Origin: Dehalococcoidia bacterium
Lineage (GTDB): Bacteria > Chloroflexota > Dehalococcoidia > Lucifugimonadales > GCA-2712585
Direction of reading: 5' to 3'
Length of the DNA stretch: 64,000 nt
NCBI GenBank assembly: GCA_965208725.1
Contig: CBDBPI010000002.1
Span: 936,427 to 1,000,426, forward strand
The notes beneath the pieces are model-generated. The model was not told the origin of the DNA, searched no databases, and saw nothing but the letters and a program-made list of their open reading frames with translations. The stretch's first letter is position 1, and every line of letters begins with the position of its first letter. Shown in pieces: positions 44,410 to 54,130 of the stretch. Made by a program: the position numbers and the translations under genes.

Positions 44410-44510
44410 GGGCAACTGCGTTGCGGCAAGTTTGGGGAGTTGGTGGTGGGTTGAGGGGTTTGGTGACCGGTAGACGGTGGGCCCCCGCTTTCGCGGGGGT
44501 GGGGATTTGG
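44410..44510. repeat. Hairpin modules incl. GGGCCCCCGCTTTCGCGGGGGTGGGGA
   Basis: The 27-mer recurs with 0-2 changes at 45236, 46305, 47197 and 48752. Confidence 0.75.
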
Positions 44511-44949
44511 AGCGGGGATGGGAGAGGGGGAAGAGGGGGTGGAATTGAATTTGGAAAACAATTGGGATTGTGCCTAATTGTTTTGGCATTTGTTTCAGGG
44601 GTTTGTGCCTGAGAAGGGAATTGAATTGGAAACAATTCGGGGGGGGGGTTCGCTCGAATTCGTGCCTGAGAAGGGGGAAAATCGTGAATTGAATTGTTTC
44701 AAAATTTTTTTGGAGAGGAATTTGGAGTAGCAGGGTGTGCTTGTGCGCGTTCCAGTTACCGAAGGGAGCGCCGCGCTTTTCTTGGGACGGCCGCCCGAGT
44801 CTTTGGAGAATTGCTCAACGAGCAAGTACCTGGGAAGACTGGATTCGTGGTCCAAATCGTTGAAGGTGTCGGCCATGTGTTCTGCAATTGACATGTTGAG
44901 AGGATAGCAGGGGAAGGTTATGCGTGGCAAGGGGGGAAATGGCACTTTG

Positions 44950-45350
44950 CGGAGTGCATGACGGCAAATCTTACAGAGTTTGGGTCGGGTTGAGGGGTTT
45001 GGTTACTGTGCCGTAGTGGAGGGAGGATAGAGGAGAGTGCCCTCACCCCCGTATCAAGTACGGGGCAGGCTCCAACCCTCTCCCAGGACGGGAGACCTTT
45101 GCGTAACTGTCGAAACAGGTTCAGATTGTGGCGTTGTCCCACCCTAGTCATAGCTAAATCGCGCATTTCTGGATTCCGGCTTTCGCCGGAATGACGGGTG
45201 TTCAAAGGTCTCCAGGACGGGAGAGGGGGAAGAATGGGCCCCCGCTTTCGCGAGGGTGGGGATAGGAGAGCGGGGGTGGGGGCAACTGCGTTGCGGCAAG
45301 GTCATTGCATGACGGCAAGTCTTACAGAGGTTGGGTTGAGGGGTGGGGGC
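44950..45350. repeat. ~400-bp intergenic array made almost entirely of the hairpin modules
   Basis: Six recognisable modules in series upstream of the methyltransferase gene. Confidence 0.7.
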
Positions 45351-45437
45351 GGTTGCGGGTGTGGAAAGGGGCTTGCTATACTTCAAATCAGGTCGGAACC
45401 ATCTTTTACCTTATGCTCGGATCACGGGGGTGTCACT

Positions 45438-46262
45438 ATGAGCAGAAATCCATTCTCCACTTCGACGCCCGATTACACGATGGGTTACAGCGAGGAATAC
45501 GTGCGATTCCTCTCACATCGGTCGGAGGAGAGTCTCGCCTATCTCATTCCGTATCTAAAGCCCGGGCTTCGGGTTCTTGACGTGGGCTGCGGACCGGGAG
45601 TCTTATCGTTGTGGCTGGCCGAAGCGGTAGACGGAATTGAGCTGCACGGCATCGACGTCGAGCCGTCGCAAGTTGAAACTGCTGAACAGCTCGCATTGAT
45701 GCGGCGGCGCGAGGATTTGTCATTTCAGATTGCCGACATATCGGAACTTCCATTTGAGGACGGCTTCTTTGACGTTGCTTTCTGCAACGACGTGCTGGCA
45801 TACGTTCCCGATACGGGCACAGCTATTGGGGAGGTGAAGCGGGTCCTGAAGCCCGGCGGCGTGTTTGGGTGCCGAGAAATGATTATAGACTCGTGCTTCC
45901 TATACCCGGAGCTTGGTTTCATGAAGAGGGGCTTTGAGGTGTTCGCAGACCTGCTTGCGGCGGACGAAGGGTATCCGCAGATGGGCAAGGAACTGAAGAT
46001 GCGTCTGCAGGAGACGGGACTCACGGACATACAGATATCCGCCTCCTTCGAGGTCTATGACAGCCCTGAACGAGTTGAAATCTTTCACCGAATGGTCAAA
46101 GAGTGGTTCCTGTCTTCGGAGGTCACTGTAGCGGCGAATAAGTACGGGGCGTCGACGGAAAGACTTTTTGGCGGCATCAGCAAGGCCGTTGACGAGTGGA
46201 AGGGGCTTCCCGACGCATGGGGTGTCCTGGCCTTTGGTGAAGGGGTGGGCACGCGTCCCTGA
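45438..46262 (+). CDS. Class I SAM-dependent methyltransferase
   Basis: VLDVGCGPGVLS motif I and FDVAFCNDVLAYVPD, LKPGGVF. ATG 45438; the upstream part of the track ORF is repeat DNA. Confidence 0.8.
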   Translation: MSRNPFSTSTPDYTMGYSEEYVRFLSHRSEESLAYLIPYLKPGLRVLDVGCGPGVLSLWLAEAVDGIELHGIDVEPSQVETAEQLALMRRREDLSFQIADISELPFEDGFFDVAFCNDVLAYVPDTGTAIGEVKRVLKPGGVFGCREMIIDSCFLYPELGFMKRGFEVFADLLAADEGYPQMGKELKMRLQETGLTDIQISASFEVYDSPERVEIFHRMVKEWFLSSEVTVAANKYGASTERLFGGISKAVDEWKGLPDAWGVLAFGEGVGTRP

Positions 46263-46453
46263 GGGGCCTGCTGTGGGAGGACTTGGGTTGAGGGGAGTGA
46301 GAGTGGGCCCCCGCTTTCGCGGTGGTGGGGATAGGAAAGTGGGGATGGTCGCCCTTCGACAGGCTCAGGATGAGCGAATGGGGGGAGGGCTGGTTTGAAA
46401 CCCGCCCCTACAGGGAAGCAGTGAGAGGGGGAAGAGGTTTGAACGGAGGGGGG

Positions 46454-47110
46454 TTAGGGTTCGGAGGTGTCCCAGTCGGGGAGGGTCCAGTAGCCGATTT
46501 TTGGGAGTTCGACGCGGGAGGTGAGGCCCTGGGCCCGCTTGAGTCGCTGGCAGTTGTAGAGGTGGGTGACGAGTTCGCCCTCGCTGTGGTGGAAGCATCC
46601 TTCCAGGGTGAAGATGCGCATGTTGGGGTCGGTTGGGTGGGGGAGCAGGGTGCCCGGGTATCTGTGGGCAATGGGGTCGTAGAAGCCGGGGCCTTCCATT
46701 TCGATGGTCTTGGCGCGGAGGGATTCCATGGTTTCCCTTCTGAGGATGCCGTGGACCATTTCGATTGCCTCGTGCAGCTTGCCGAGGATAACGTCAATCT
46801 CCCACCACTGCTCCTTGTCGAGCTGGCGATGGGGGAGAGCGGCCAGGTAGTCGACTTCGTCGCGGTAGGGGATGCCTTCGGGGAAGATCTGGTCGCCCCA
46901 GCGGAGGATGTACCAGCGGAAGAGATGGGAGGCGACGTGGCTGATGTTGTTGCGGATGCTCCAGCCGGACCAGCCCCATTTGGGACTTGTCCAGTCAAGC
47001 TGGCCGTCGGTCAGTCCTTCGAATTCCTCGGCGACCATTGCTTCGTACTGGCCGAAGAGGGGGAAGTGGTTGATGGCGGAGTCGTTGGGGTTGGGGTGAT
47101 GGTCAGCCAT
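46454..47110 (-). CDS. DinB-superfamily (DinB_2-like) protein
   Basis: Four-helix pattern with spaced His residues (ISHVASHLFRW..., ...CFHHSEGELVTHLY). Confidence 0.55.
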   Translation of the reverse strand: MADHHPNPNDSAINHFPLFGQYEAMVAEEFEGLTDGQLDWTSPKWGWSGWSIRNNISHVASHLFRWYILRWGDQIFPEGIPYRDEVDYLAALPHRQLDKEQWWEIDVILGKLHEAIEMVHGILRRETMESLRAKTIEMEGPGFYDPIAHRYPGTLLPHPTDPNMRIFTLEGCFHHSEGELVTHLYNCQRLKRAQGLTSRVELPKIGYWTLPDWDTSEP

Positions 47111-47189
47111 TATGACGCCTCTCGAACGGGATTTGGAGATGGGTAGGGTATCACCGGGGCGGGAGGTTGTCGACGTTGGGTGGAAGGGT

Positions 47190-47282
47190 GAAGAGTGGGC
47201 CCCCGCTTTCGCGGGGGTGGGGAGAGGGGCGAGGGGGAGTCACCCCCATCTCAATCTTCCCCCGTCAAGGGGGAAGAGGGAA
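47190..47282. repeat. Two hairpin modules between the DinB-like gene and the membrane-protein gene
   Basis: GGGCCCCCGCTTTCGCGGGGGTGGGGA followed by GTCACCCCCATCTCAATCTTCCCCCGTCAAGGGGGAAG. Confidence 0.75.
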
Positions 47283-47295
47283 GAATTGGAGGGGG

Positions 47296-48573
47296 TTACC
47301 AGCCTTCTTTTGGCTTGCTGGCGGGACGTCGGGCGTCGGGGCTTCCGCCTCCAAAGTCCCCTGCGAACATGATGATGGTGGCGAGGGTGGCGCCCAGGGT
47401 ACCAAGGACGATGAGGGCGATGGACGGGAGTAGAGGGAAGTCTGCCATGGAGCGTACCAATTCCTGGAGAACGTCCACCACAGGCTCACATGCGAAGTCC
47501 GTAGCGTCGCCGCACACCTCGTAGGACACGGTCGGGAGGAGGGTTGAGAGCAGGGCTGAGACGACTATGGCGATGATGCCGGTGACTATGAGGATTATGC
47601 TGGGCCAGAGGAGCATTGAAGCGCGGTGGGGCATATTGACGAGGGCAAGGAGGACGGTTGCCACGGCCATGATTACGAGGGAGATGGTGGGGCCGACACC
47701 CTGGAGGGCGTTGATAGGGTCGCGAACTTCGTCGACGTCCTCGAGGAACCGGTCACGGGGCATGTCGGAAGCTTCGGCGGCGGCTTCCACGAGGTCGAAT
47801 CGGTCTCGGTTGTCGAGATGGGCGCGCACCTCGGCGATGGCTTCGTCGATATAAGGGGAGACGACGGAACGGGCGGCCAGCTTCATGGCTTCGGGACTGT
47901 CGGGCTGTTCAAGGAGTGTGGCCCTTACTTCCGCCCAGTTTGCTTCGAGGCTGGCGGCGGCTTGAGGTTCCAGACGGGAGAGAACGGGCAAAACCTGGTC
48001 TATGGCAACTTCCAGAAGCGGCTCAGGGACGTTTGCGAGGGAGGGCACGGTTGGCGGAATGTCTCCGCCTTCGATGAGGTCTATTAGATTGCGCGCCTCT
48101 CGTGCGTAATCCTCCACCGTTGTAGGATGGGTCTGTTCGACGGACTCGACGCGTCGGTCAACGTAGTCGAGGCTTGCGCTGCGCATGCTTTCGATGGGCT
48201 GGGCCAATTCGACGAAGAGCTGGGGTTCTTCCACCTCGCCCCGGAGGTAGGACATGGCGCCGGTGATTATTCCGTCCAGCTGGGTCTTGAGGTATGGGAC
48301 AGGTACGACTTCCTGCGCCAGAGTTTCGAACTCGTTGGCGTCCATGCCGAGGTCGTCGCGCAGCCCGCCGACATCTTCGCTATCGCGAATCTCCGAGATG
48401 AGTCCGGCCTGAATAGTCTCGTAGGAATTGTTCTCTTCCAGCACCTGAGTGTAGAAGGAAGGCTCCAGCAGGATGGTGCGAACCTTGGAGGCGGTGAGGA
48501 AGGCGAGGAAGCTGACGCAGATGACAACGGCGAACAGGAGGGAGGCGAGGGTGCGTATGGAGGTCTCCAGCAT
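47296..48573 (-). CDS. Hypothetical multi-pass membrane protein
   Basis: N-terminal TM, ~260-aa acidic soluble region, then 3-4 C-terminal TM helices. Confidence 0.45.
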   Translation of the reverse strand: MLETSIRTLASLLFAVVICVSFLAFLTASKVRTILLEPSFYTQVLEENNSYETIQAGLISEIRDSEDVGGLRDDLGMDANEFETLAQEVVPVPYLKTQLDGIITGAMSYLRGEVEEPQLFVELAQPIESMRSASLDYVDRRVESVEQTHPTTVEDYAREARNLIDLIEGGDIPPTVPSLANVPEPLLEVAIDQVLPVLSRLEPQAAASLEANWAEVRATLLEQPDSPEAMKLAARSVVSPYIDEAIAEVRAHLDNRDRFDLVEAAAEASDMPRDRFLEDVDEVRDPINALQGVGPTISLVIMAVATVLLALVNMPHRASMLLWPSIILIVTGIIAIVVSALLSTLLPTVSYEVCGDATDFACEPVVDVLQELVRSMADFPLLPSIALIVLGTLGATLATIIMFAGDFGGGSPDARRPASKPKEGW

Positions 48574-48910
48574 GGGTGAACGGGGAGTTATCCGAGCGTA
48601 GTTTCCGGGAGAAGCGTCGGGAAGAGGGGATTTAGATGTGGGGGGTTGAGGGAGTTCAAGGCAATAAGATTGTACACCAAAGTGTTGTTGAGGGTGGGCG
48701 TGGGGCGGTGAGGGTGATTGGAGGGTTGTTTGCTAGCTGAGGGATAAAGAGTGGTCCCCCGCTTTCGCGGGGGTGGGGAATTGGGAGGGGCGGGCGGTTC
48801 GCGAACTGCCCCTACGGGATGGAATGAGCGTGGGTTGGGTGTGGCGGTTGTGGTATTGTGGAGCCGTGACGGGTAGAATCGGCTTCATGCGTCAGGACGC
48901 CCCATAAAAA

Positions 48911-50203
48911 GTGAGGAAAGACACTTTCACCTCCAGGATGCTGGGCGCTCTGCAACACGCCGAGTTCAGGCGGCTGTGGGCGGCGACGGCGTTTTCGCAG
49001 TCGTCGGCGTGGGCGCTGATTGTGGCCAGGGCGGCGCTGGCCCTGAACGAGACGGGGGCGGCCAGCGCGGCGGGAATCGTAACCTTCGCGGCGATGATGC
49101 CTTCGGTGGTGATGTCGCCTGTGGCGGGGTATCTGGCGGACCGATTCGACCGGCGGCGGGTACTGGCCGCCGCCTATGCGGTCAACCTGGCGCAGAACGC
49201 GATACTGGCGGCGTTGGTTATCACGGGCACCCTGGAGTTCTGGCAGCTGGTGGTATTGTCCACGGTCAACGGGTTCGCGAGGGCTACGCAGATGCCGGCG
49301 GCGCAGGCGCTGCTTCCGAACCTGGTGCCGAGAAGCAAGCTGGTAAACGCGGTGGCTTTTCATCACGCGACGGTTCAGGGGGCGAAGCTGATGGGGCCGT
49401 TGTTTATTCTGCCGGCGGTGCTGACGGGTTACAGCGAGTGGGCCTTCGTAATTTCGCTGGTGCTGTACGTGGTGGGGCTGGCGCTGGTGCTGCAGATTCG
49501 GACGGTGTCGCGAGGTGTGGTGGACCGGAGCCGGAGTGCCGTGGGAAACCTGGCGCAGGGGCTGTCGTTCGTCTATCAACACCGGTTGCTGCTGCCCCTG
49601 TTCCTGATGGTGGTGGCGCATTGCTCACTGGTCATGTCCTACGAAACGCTGTTTCCCATTCTGTCGCGAGACAGGCTGGGGTTGACGGAGGGAGCGGAGC
49701 TATATAAGGGCGGCAACCTGCTGATGATCGGCATAGGGGCGGGTTCGATGGTCTCGTCCTTCAGCATAGCGGGACTGGGGAGCGAGAAGGTACGGGGACG
49801 GACGCTGCTGGTGCTGGGGGTGCTGAGCGGGGTGACGCCGATTCTGATGGGATTTTCCTTCAACCTGACGACGGCGGTAATCGCCGCGTTTGGGGTGGGG
49901 CTGTCGCAGGCAGGATATATGACGCTTTCGAGCGCAATGGTGCAGCAGATTGTGCCGGACGAGATACGGGGACGGGTGATAGCGATTTACAGCTGGCACC
50001 TGCAGGGGGCGATGGCGAGCTTTAACCTGGTGAACGGGATTCTGGCGGATACGGCCTTGTTTAACGCCACGCGGATATTGGGCTTATTCGGGACGATTTT
50101 CACAGGAATGACAGTGTTGAGCCTGCTGAACGGTCCACTGCGGGGACTGTATTCCCGAGGAATCGGAACTCGTGCGGCCGCCGAGGCGCTGGCGGAACGG
50201 TAA
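48911..50203 (+). CDS. MFS transporter (MFS_3 / EntS-like)
   Basis: LQHAEFRRLWAATAFSQSSAW start, GYLADRFDRRR loop, 12 TM. Confidence 0.8.
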   Translation: MRKDTFTSRMLGALQHAEFRRLWAATAFSQSSAWALIVARAALALNETGAASAAGIVTFAAMMPSVVMSPVAGYLADRFDRRRVLAAAYAVNLAQNAILAALVITGTLEFWQLVVLSTVNGFARATQMPAAQALLPNLVPRSKLVNAVAFHHATVQGAKLMGPLFILPAVLTGYSEWAFVISLVLYVVGLALVLQIRTVSRGVVDRSRSAVGNLAQGLSFVYQHRLLLPLFLMVVAHCSLVMSYETLFPILSRDRLGLTEGAELYKGGNLLMIGIGAGSMVSSFSIAGLGSEKVRGRTLLVLGVLSGVTPILMGFSFNLTTAVIAAFGVGLSQAGYMTLSSAMVQQIVPDEIRGRVIAIYSWHLQGAMASFNLVNGILADTALFNATRILGLFGTIFTGMTVLSLLNGPLRGLYSRGIGTRAAAEALAER

Positions 50204-50231
50204 GGCAGATACAGCAGGGAGAGCAGCGAAG

Positions 50232-51467
50232 ATGAAGAAGCTGATTATTCAGGCGGACAGGCTCATTGACGGTCGAGGCGGCGCTCCCGAAGAGGGGATG
50301 GCCGTGGTTGTGGAGGGGGATGCTATTTCCGGCGTAGTGCCCGTTGCTCAGTTGGGGGACTCTGTTGATCCGTCGAGTGTACTGCGCTTTCCGGGGGCGA
50401 CGGTTTTGCCGGGGCTGATTGATGCCCACACGCACACGAATATGGCGGGGCGGGGACGCAGCGGGGAGGAGGCGATGGCGGACGGGGACGACCTGATGCT
50501 GCTGCGTTCGGCCCGTAACGCGCGGATTGCGCTTCGGAGCGGGGTGACGACGATGTGCGACAACGGGGCGTGGCACAACACGGGGCTGTCGCTGAAGCGG
50601 GGCATCGAGGAGGGGGAGGTTGATGGGCCGACGATGCTGGTCTGCGGGCGGCCGGTTACGGTGACGGGGGGGCATCTGTGGTTCATGGGAGGCGAGGCCG
50701 ATGGGGTGGACGGAGTACGAACGGTCACACGACAGCTAATCAAGGAAGGGGCTGACTTCATAAAGGTGATTGCGACGGGGGGCAGTACGCTTACCAGCTA
50801 TCCGTACCGTCCGGCGTTCGGGGTTGACGAGCTGAAGGCGATTACCGTAGAGGCGCATAACCAGGGCCGGTTTGTGGGGGCGCACTGTCGCTCCAACCAG
50901 GGGATGCGGAACGTGCTGGAGGCGGGGCTGGACGCCATATATCACGCCTTTTTTGTGGATGAGGAGGAGCGGCCCGCTTACGACGCGGAGATTGTGAAGC
51001 GGATTGTACAGCAGAGGGTGTGGGTGAATCCGACGATGCATATCGGCAGGAGCCATATATGGGCGCTGGAGGCGAAGAGGGATGCGGAGGGGCTGACGCT
51101 GGAGGAGGAGGGGAAACTGATGGCGGGATATGAGCATCGGAAGACGCGGGTGGAGCAGGTAGGGCGGATGGCGGACGTGGGGGTGCGTCTTATTGCCGGC
51201 TCCGACTGCGGCTGGGGGAGCTATCCCTTCGGCCAGCTGCACTACGAGTTGGAGTGCATGGTGCAGGGGGGTCTCACGCCGATGCAGGCGATTCTATCGG
51301 CGACGAGTCATGCGGCGGAGGCGCTGGGGATCGGAGGCGGGGTGGGGGAGCTAGCGCCGGGCAAAGCGGCGGACCTGCTGGTGGTGGAGGGGGACCCGTC
51401 GGAGGAGATTCTGGACCTGACGAAGGTGCGGGCGGTATTCAAGGGTGGGGAGCGGGTGGAGGGGTAA
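50232..51467 (+). CDS. Amidohydrolase-family hydrolase (imidazolonepropionase-like)
   Basis: VLPGLIDAHTHT metal motif, ...GSDCGW..., ...PGKAADLLVVEGDP tail. ATG 50232. Confidence 0.8.
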   Translation: MKKLIIQADRLIDGRGGAPEEGMAVVVEGDAISGVVPVAQLGDSVDPSSVLRFPGATVLPGLIDAHTHTNMAGRGRSGEEAMADGDDLMLLRSARNARIALRSGVTTMCDNGAWHNTGLSLKRGIEEGEVDGPTMLVCGRPVTVTGGHLWFMGGEADGVDGVRTVTRQLIKEGADFIKVIATGGSTLTSYPYRPAFGVDELKAITVEAHNQGRFVGAHCRSNQGMRNVLEAGLDAIYHAFFVDEEERPAYDAEIVKRIVQQRVWVNPTMHIGRSHIWALEAKRDAEGLTLEEEGKLMAGYEHRKTRVEQVGRMADVGVRLIAGSDCGWGSYPFGQLHYELECMVQGGLTPMQAILSATSHAAEALGIGGGVGELAPGKAADLLVVEGDPSEEILDLTKVRAVFKGGERVEG

Positions 51468-51562
51468 GGGGAAGGAGATACCACCCCTTCACCGCCCCGC
51501 CGTGGGGTCATTGCATGACGGCAAGTTTGGAATGACGAAGAGGGGAGGAAGGGGTCAGGGGG

Positions 51563-51874
51563 CTACGCCTTGCCGTTGGGCGGGGGTTTGGTGAAGTCTT
51601 CGCCGCGAGACTGGGCGTCCTTCCAGCTTGCGTACCAGTCTTCCCAGGCTTGCTGATTTTCGGCGCGGCCCTCCTCTAGGCCTTTTTCTCGACCCTCTTC
51701 AAGGCCTTCCTCGCGACCCTCCTCACGTCCTTCCGACAAAAGCTTGTTGCGGAACTTTTCGTCGCTCTCTCGGAGCTTCTTGGTTGCCCATTTCTGAAGA
51801 TAGTGAGCCATTACCATACCGTACCTCGCAATTTCGGCTAAACCGAAGGACAGGCCTGTGGATGCGGTGACCAC
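51563..51874 (-). pseudogene. Duplicated 3' part of the gene at 51921..52499
   Basis: The 103-aa ORF is near-identical to the last ~95 aa of the neighbour, plus an 8-aa EKGLEEGR insertion. Confidence 0.5.
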
Positions 51875-51920
51875 GTGTGCCTACGGCAGAAGCACACAGA
51901 GAAGGGAAGCGGTTAGATGG

Positions 51921-52499
51921 CTACGCCTTGCCGTTGGGCGGGGGTTTGGTGAAGTCTTCGCCGCGAGACTGGGCGTCCTTCCAGCTTGCGTACCAGTCTT
52001 CCCAGGCTTGCTGATTTTCTGCGCGACCCTCTTCGAGGCCCTCTTCACGTCCTTCCTCACGGCCCTCCGACAAAAGCTTGTTGCGGAACTTTTCGTCGCT
52101 CTCTCGGAGCTTCTTGGTTGCCCATTTCTGAAGATAGTGAGCCATTACCATACCGTACCTCGCAATTTCGGCTAAACCGAAGGACAGGCCCGTGGATGCG
52201 GTAACCACGTATGCCGAGCCGACGAATACTCCAAAGGATGTTTCAATTATACCCTTTTCGAGACCGATTTCTCTAGCTACGACGATGGTTTCTCCGAAGA
52301 CCAGCAGAACGACGTAGAATCCGAAGTACCAGTGCCTGTAGGTAGAGACCAGGGTCCAGATGGACTCTCCCTGAGCATTTTCGGCAGGCGGGTCCTTTTC
52401 ATTGGGATTTCTTGATTCTGCGATGATGGTCTCCCTCTGCATTGAACGCCAGTTTGGACTGCCGCATTGGAATGTAGAACAAAAGACGGGCGATGTCAA
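51921..52499 (-). CDS. Hypothetical membrane protein with charged EGREEG-repeat tail
   Basis: 192 aa with 3 TM-like segments, then KLRESDEKFRNKLLSEGREEGREEGLEEGRAENQQAWEDWYASW. Confidence 0.45.
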   Translation of the reverse strand: MTSPVFCSTFQCGSPNWRSMQRETIIAESRNPNEKDPPAENAQGESIWTLVSTYRHWYFGFYVVLLVFGETIVVAREIGLEKGIIETSFGVFVGSAYVVTASTGLSFGLAEIARYGMVMAHYLQKWATKKLRESDEKFRNKLLSEGREEGREEGLEEGRAENQQAWEDWYASWKDAQSRGEDFTKPPPNGKA

Positions 52500-52588
52500 C
52501 AGGAATGATGAGGAGGCGTGGCTATGGGGGAACGTGGTGACAGTAGTTGCCGTTTGGGATATGATGGTCGAATATCAGGAAGGACGCC

Positions 52589-52804
52589 ATGACACTTCCC
52601 GTCGTTTACACAATCCAGTTCTGTCCCGCATGCGACAAGCTGCGTGAAACCTGGGACAGCCAAGGCATAGAGTACGTGGAGAAGCGGGTTGACGAGAGCC
52701 AGGAGGCACTTGACGAGGCGTTGGAGTATGGGAGCGCCGTGCCGATAATCGTCTACCCGGACGGGCGGATCGAGGAGGGGGAGTTCGAAGGCGTCCACGG
52801 TTGA
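52589..52804 (+). CDS. Glutaredoxin-like small redox protein
   Basis: VVYTIQFCPACDKL (CPxC), ...VPIIVYPDG. Confidence 0.7.
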   Translation: MTLPVVYTIQFCPACDKLRETWDSQGIEYVEKRVDESQEALDEALEYGSAVPIIVYPDGRIEEGEFEGVHG

Positions 52805-52846
52805 GACATCGGCTGACGGGCCGTGGGCCCGGATAGGAGGTAGACC

Positions 52847-53434
52847 ATGACAGGCAAGACGACGGTTGTGACGCCCCAGAGGTTTGCGGAGGGGTTCTCC
52901 TACGAAGAGTACCTGTCGCAGATCAAGGTGAACAAGCTACGGTTTGAGCAGTACTTCGGCGAATTCCAGCCGGAGGAGGGGGATGTTGAGCGGTTCCTCA
53001 GCCTGACCCAAAGAGAGGGTGGACCGACGAAGGTACTGGCCATTGGCGAAGATTGGTGCCCGGACGTGTACCGGGGGCTGCCGACGATGGCCAAGCTGGC
53101 GGAGCGCGCAGGGTTGGAGGTGCGGGTGTTTCCGCGGGACTCCAACCTGGACGTGATGAATGAGTTTTTGAAAGAGGGGAAGTACCAGTCTATTCCCGTT
53201 TTCGTGTTTTATACGGAGGGGTTGGACTACATCTGCCACTGGATTGAGCGTCCCGAGGTGGCGGACCGGGAGTCTGAGGAGATTGAAGCGGCGATTCGTG
53301 AGGAGAAGCCCGACCTTGACGACAGGCAGTTTGGCATTGAGCGTCGGAAGCGGGTCAGCCAACGTTTTCCGGAGTGGCAGCAGGCGACGGTGAGGGAGAT
53401 AAACGAGATGCTGGAACGGGCGATGGGGGGTTAG
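52847..53434 (+). CDS. Thioredoxin-fold family protein
   Basis: KVLAIGEDWCPDV and ...YQSIPVFVFY, as in thioredoxin-like family proteins. Confidence 0.55.
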   Translation: MTGKTTVVTPQRFAEGFSYEEYLSQIKVNKLRFEQYFGEFQPEEGDVERFLSLTQREGGPTKVLAIGEDWCPDVYRGLPTMAKLAERAGLEVRVFPRDSNLDVMNEFLKEGKYQSIPVFVFYTEGLDYICHWIERPEVADRESEEIEAAIREEKPDLDDRQFGIERRKRVSQRFPEWQQATVREINEMLERAMGG

Positions 53435-53531
53435 TTTGGGTGGGACTGTATTCCGGCTTTCGCAAGAATTATGGTGAAGGGCCAATAATTTCGCAAATCA
53501 AAACCGCTCTACAAATCGGAGGCACTGGAAT

Positions 53532-54005
53532 ATGAAAATTAGCCCAGTTCGAGAAAGGTCATATTCTCTCATTGGCATCTGTGCTGCGAGATTCGGTAAT
53601 TGGGAAGCAATTTGGCGGAATAGATTTAAACAGGTTGTGCGATATGATTCTTCGAGAATTCGCATTAACTTCCTTGCGCAGATTGGAAGCACAGAATTAG
53701 CGCAGGAGCAGTTTTCGAGTAATGAAATCTACGATTTCCGTACTCACATTGTGCATGGACACAGAATGTATGTCGATGTACATGGCAAACTCTCGGTCTT
53801 CTTTAAAGGAAAAGAATTCACTTACTCTCAAGAGAAGCTATATGAGCTTGCTAACAAATTTCTTTCTTTCGATCTTGACAACATGACGAAAATCGAAGTT
53901 GAACCCGGATCATTCGACGCTCATTACAATCAAATTGGCAAGCAGGAATTGACAAGATTTGAGAGTCGAATTGAGGAAGACTCGCTGAACCAATCGAGTG
54001 CTTAA
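53532..54005 (+). CDS. Hypothetical protein in an AT-rich pocket
   Basis: 157-aa ORF, no motif recognised. Composition clearly differs from the neighbours. Confidence 0.3.
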   Translation: MKISPVRERSYSLIGICAARFGNWEAIWRNRFKQVVRYDSSRIRINFLAQIGSTELAQEQFSSNEIYDFRTHIVHGHRMYVDVHGKLSVFFKGKEFTYSQEKLYELANKFLSFDLDNMTKIEVEPGSFDAHYNQIGKQELTRFESRIEEDSLNQSSA

Positions 54006-54130
54006 GCCACTAGGCGCAAGAATTTAGGTAACTAAGATTTGACCATTGGCTTAGGATGAATTGGTGGGTAATCGCATGGCATTTGGTGCGAGTTGGCGGG
54101 GATTTCAGAGACCAAATGGAGGGAAAGGAA

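Noticed and set aside
44143-44635. ORFs 44143..44325 and 44147..44635 (and others at 44341-44612).
   Set aside because: They overlap three well-folded tRNA genes and the repeat modules, and their translations are proline/low-complexity strings.
41207-51535. CRISPR array interpretation of the GC-rich repeats.
   Set aside because: The repeats are heterogeneous modules scattered over many intergenic regions. They are not a regularly spaced array of one repeat with unique spacers, and there are no cas genes in the window.
51536-52441. An apparent 1-nt offset between my manual base counting and the ORF-track coordinates in this interval.
   Set aside because: This is most likely my counting error in a G-run. 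The ORF-track coordinates were used for the genes here, and the repeat coordinates in this interval should be read as +/-1-2 nt.
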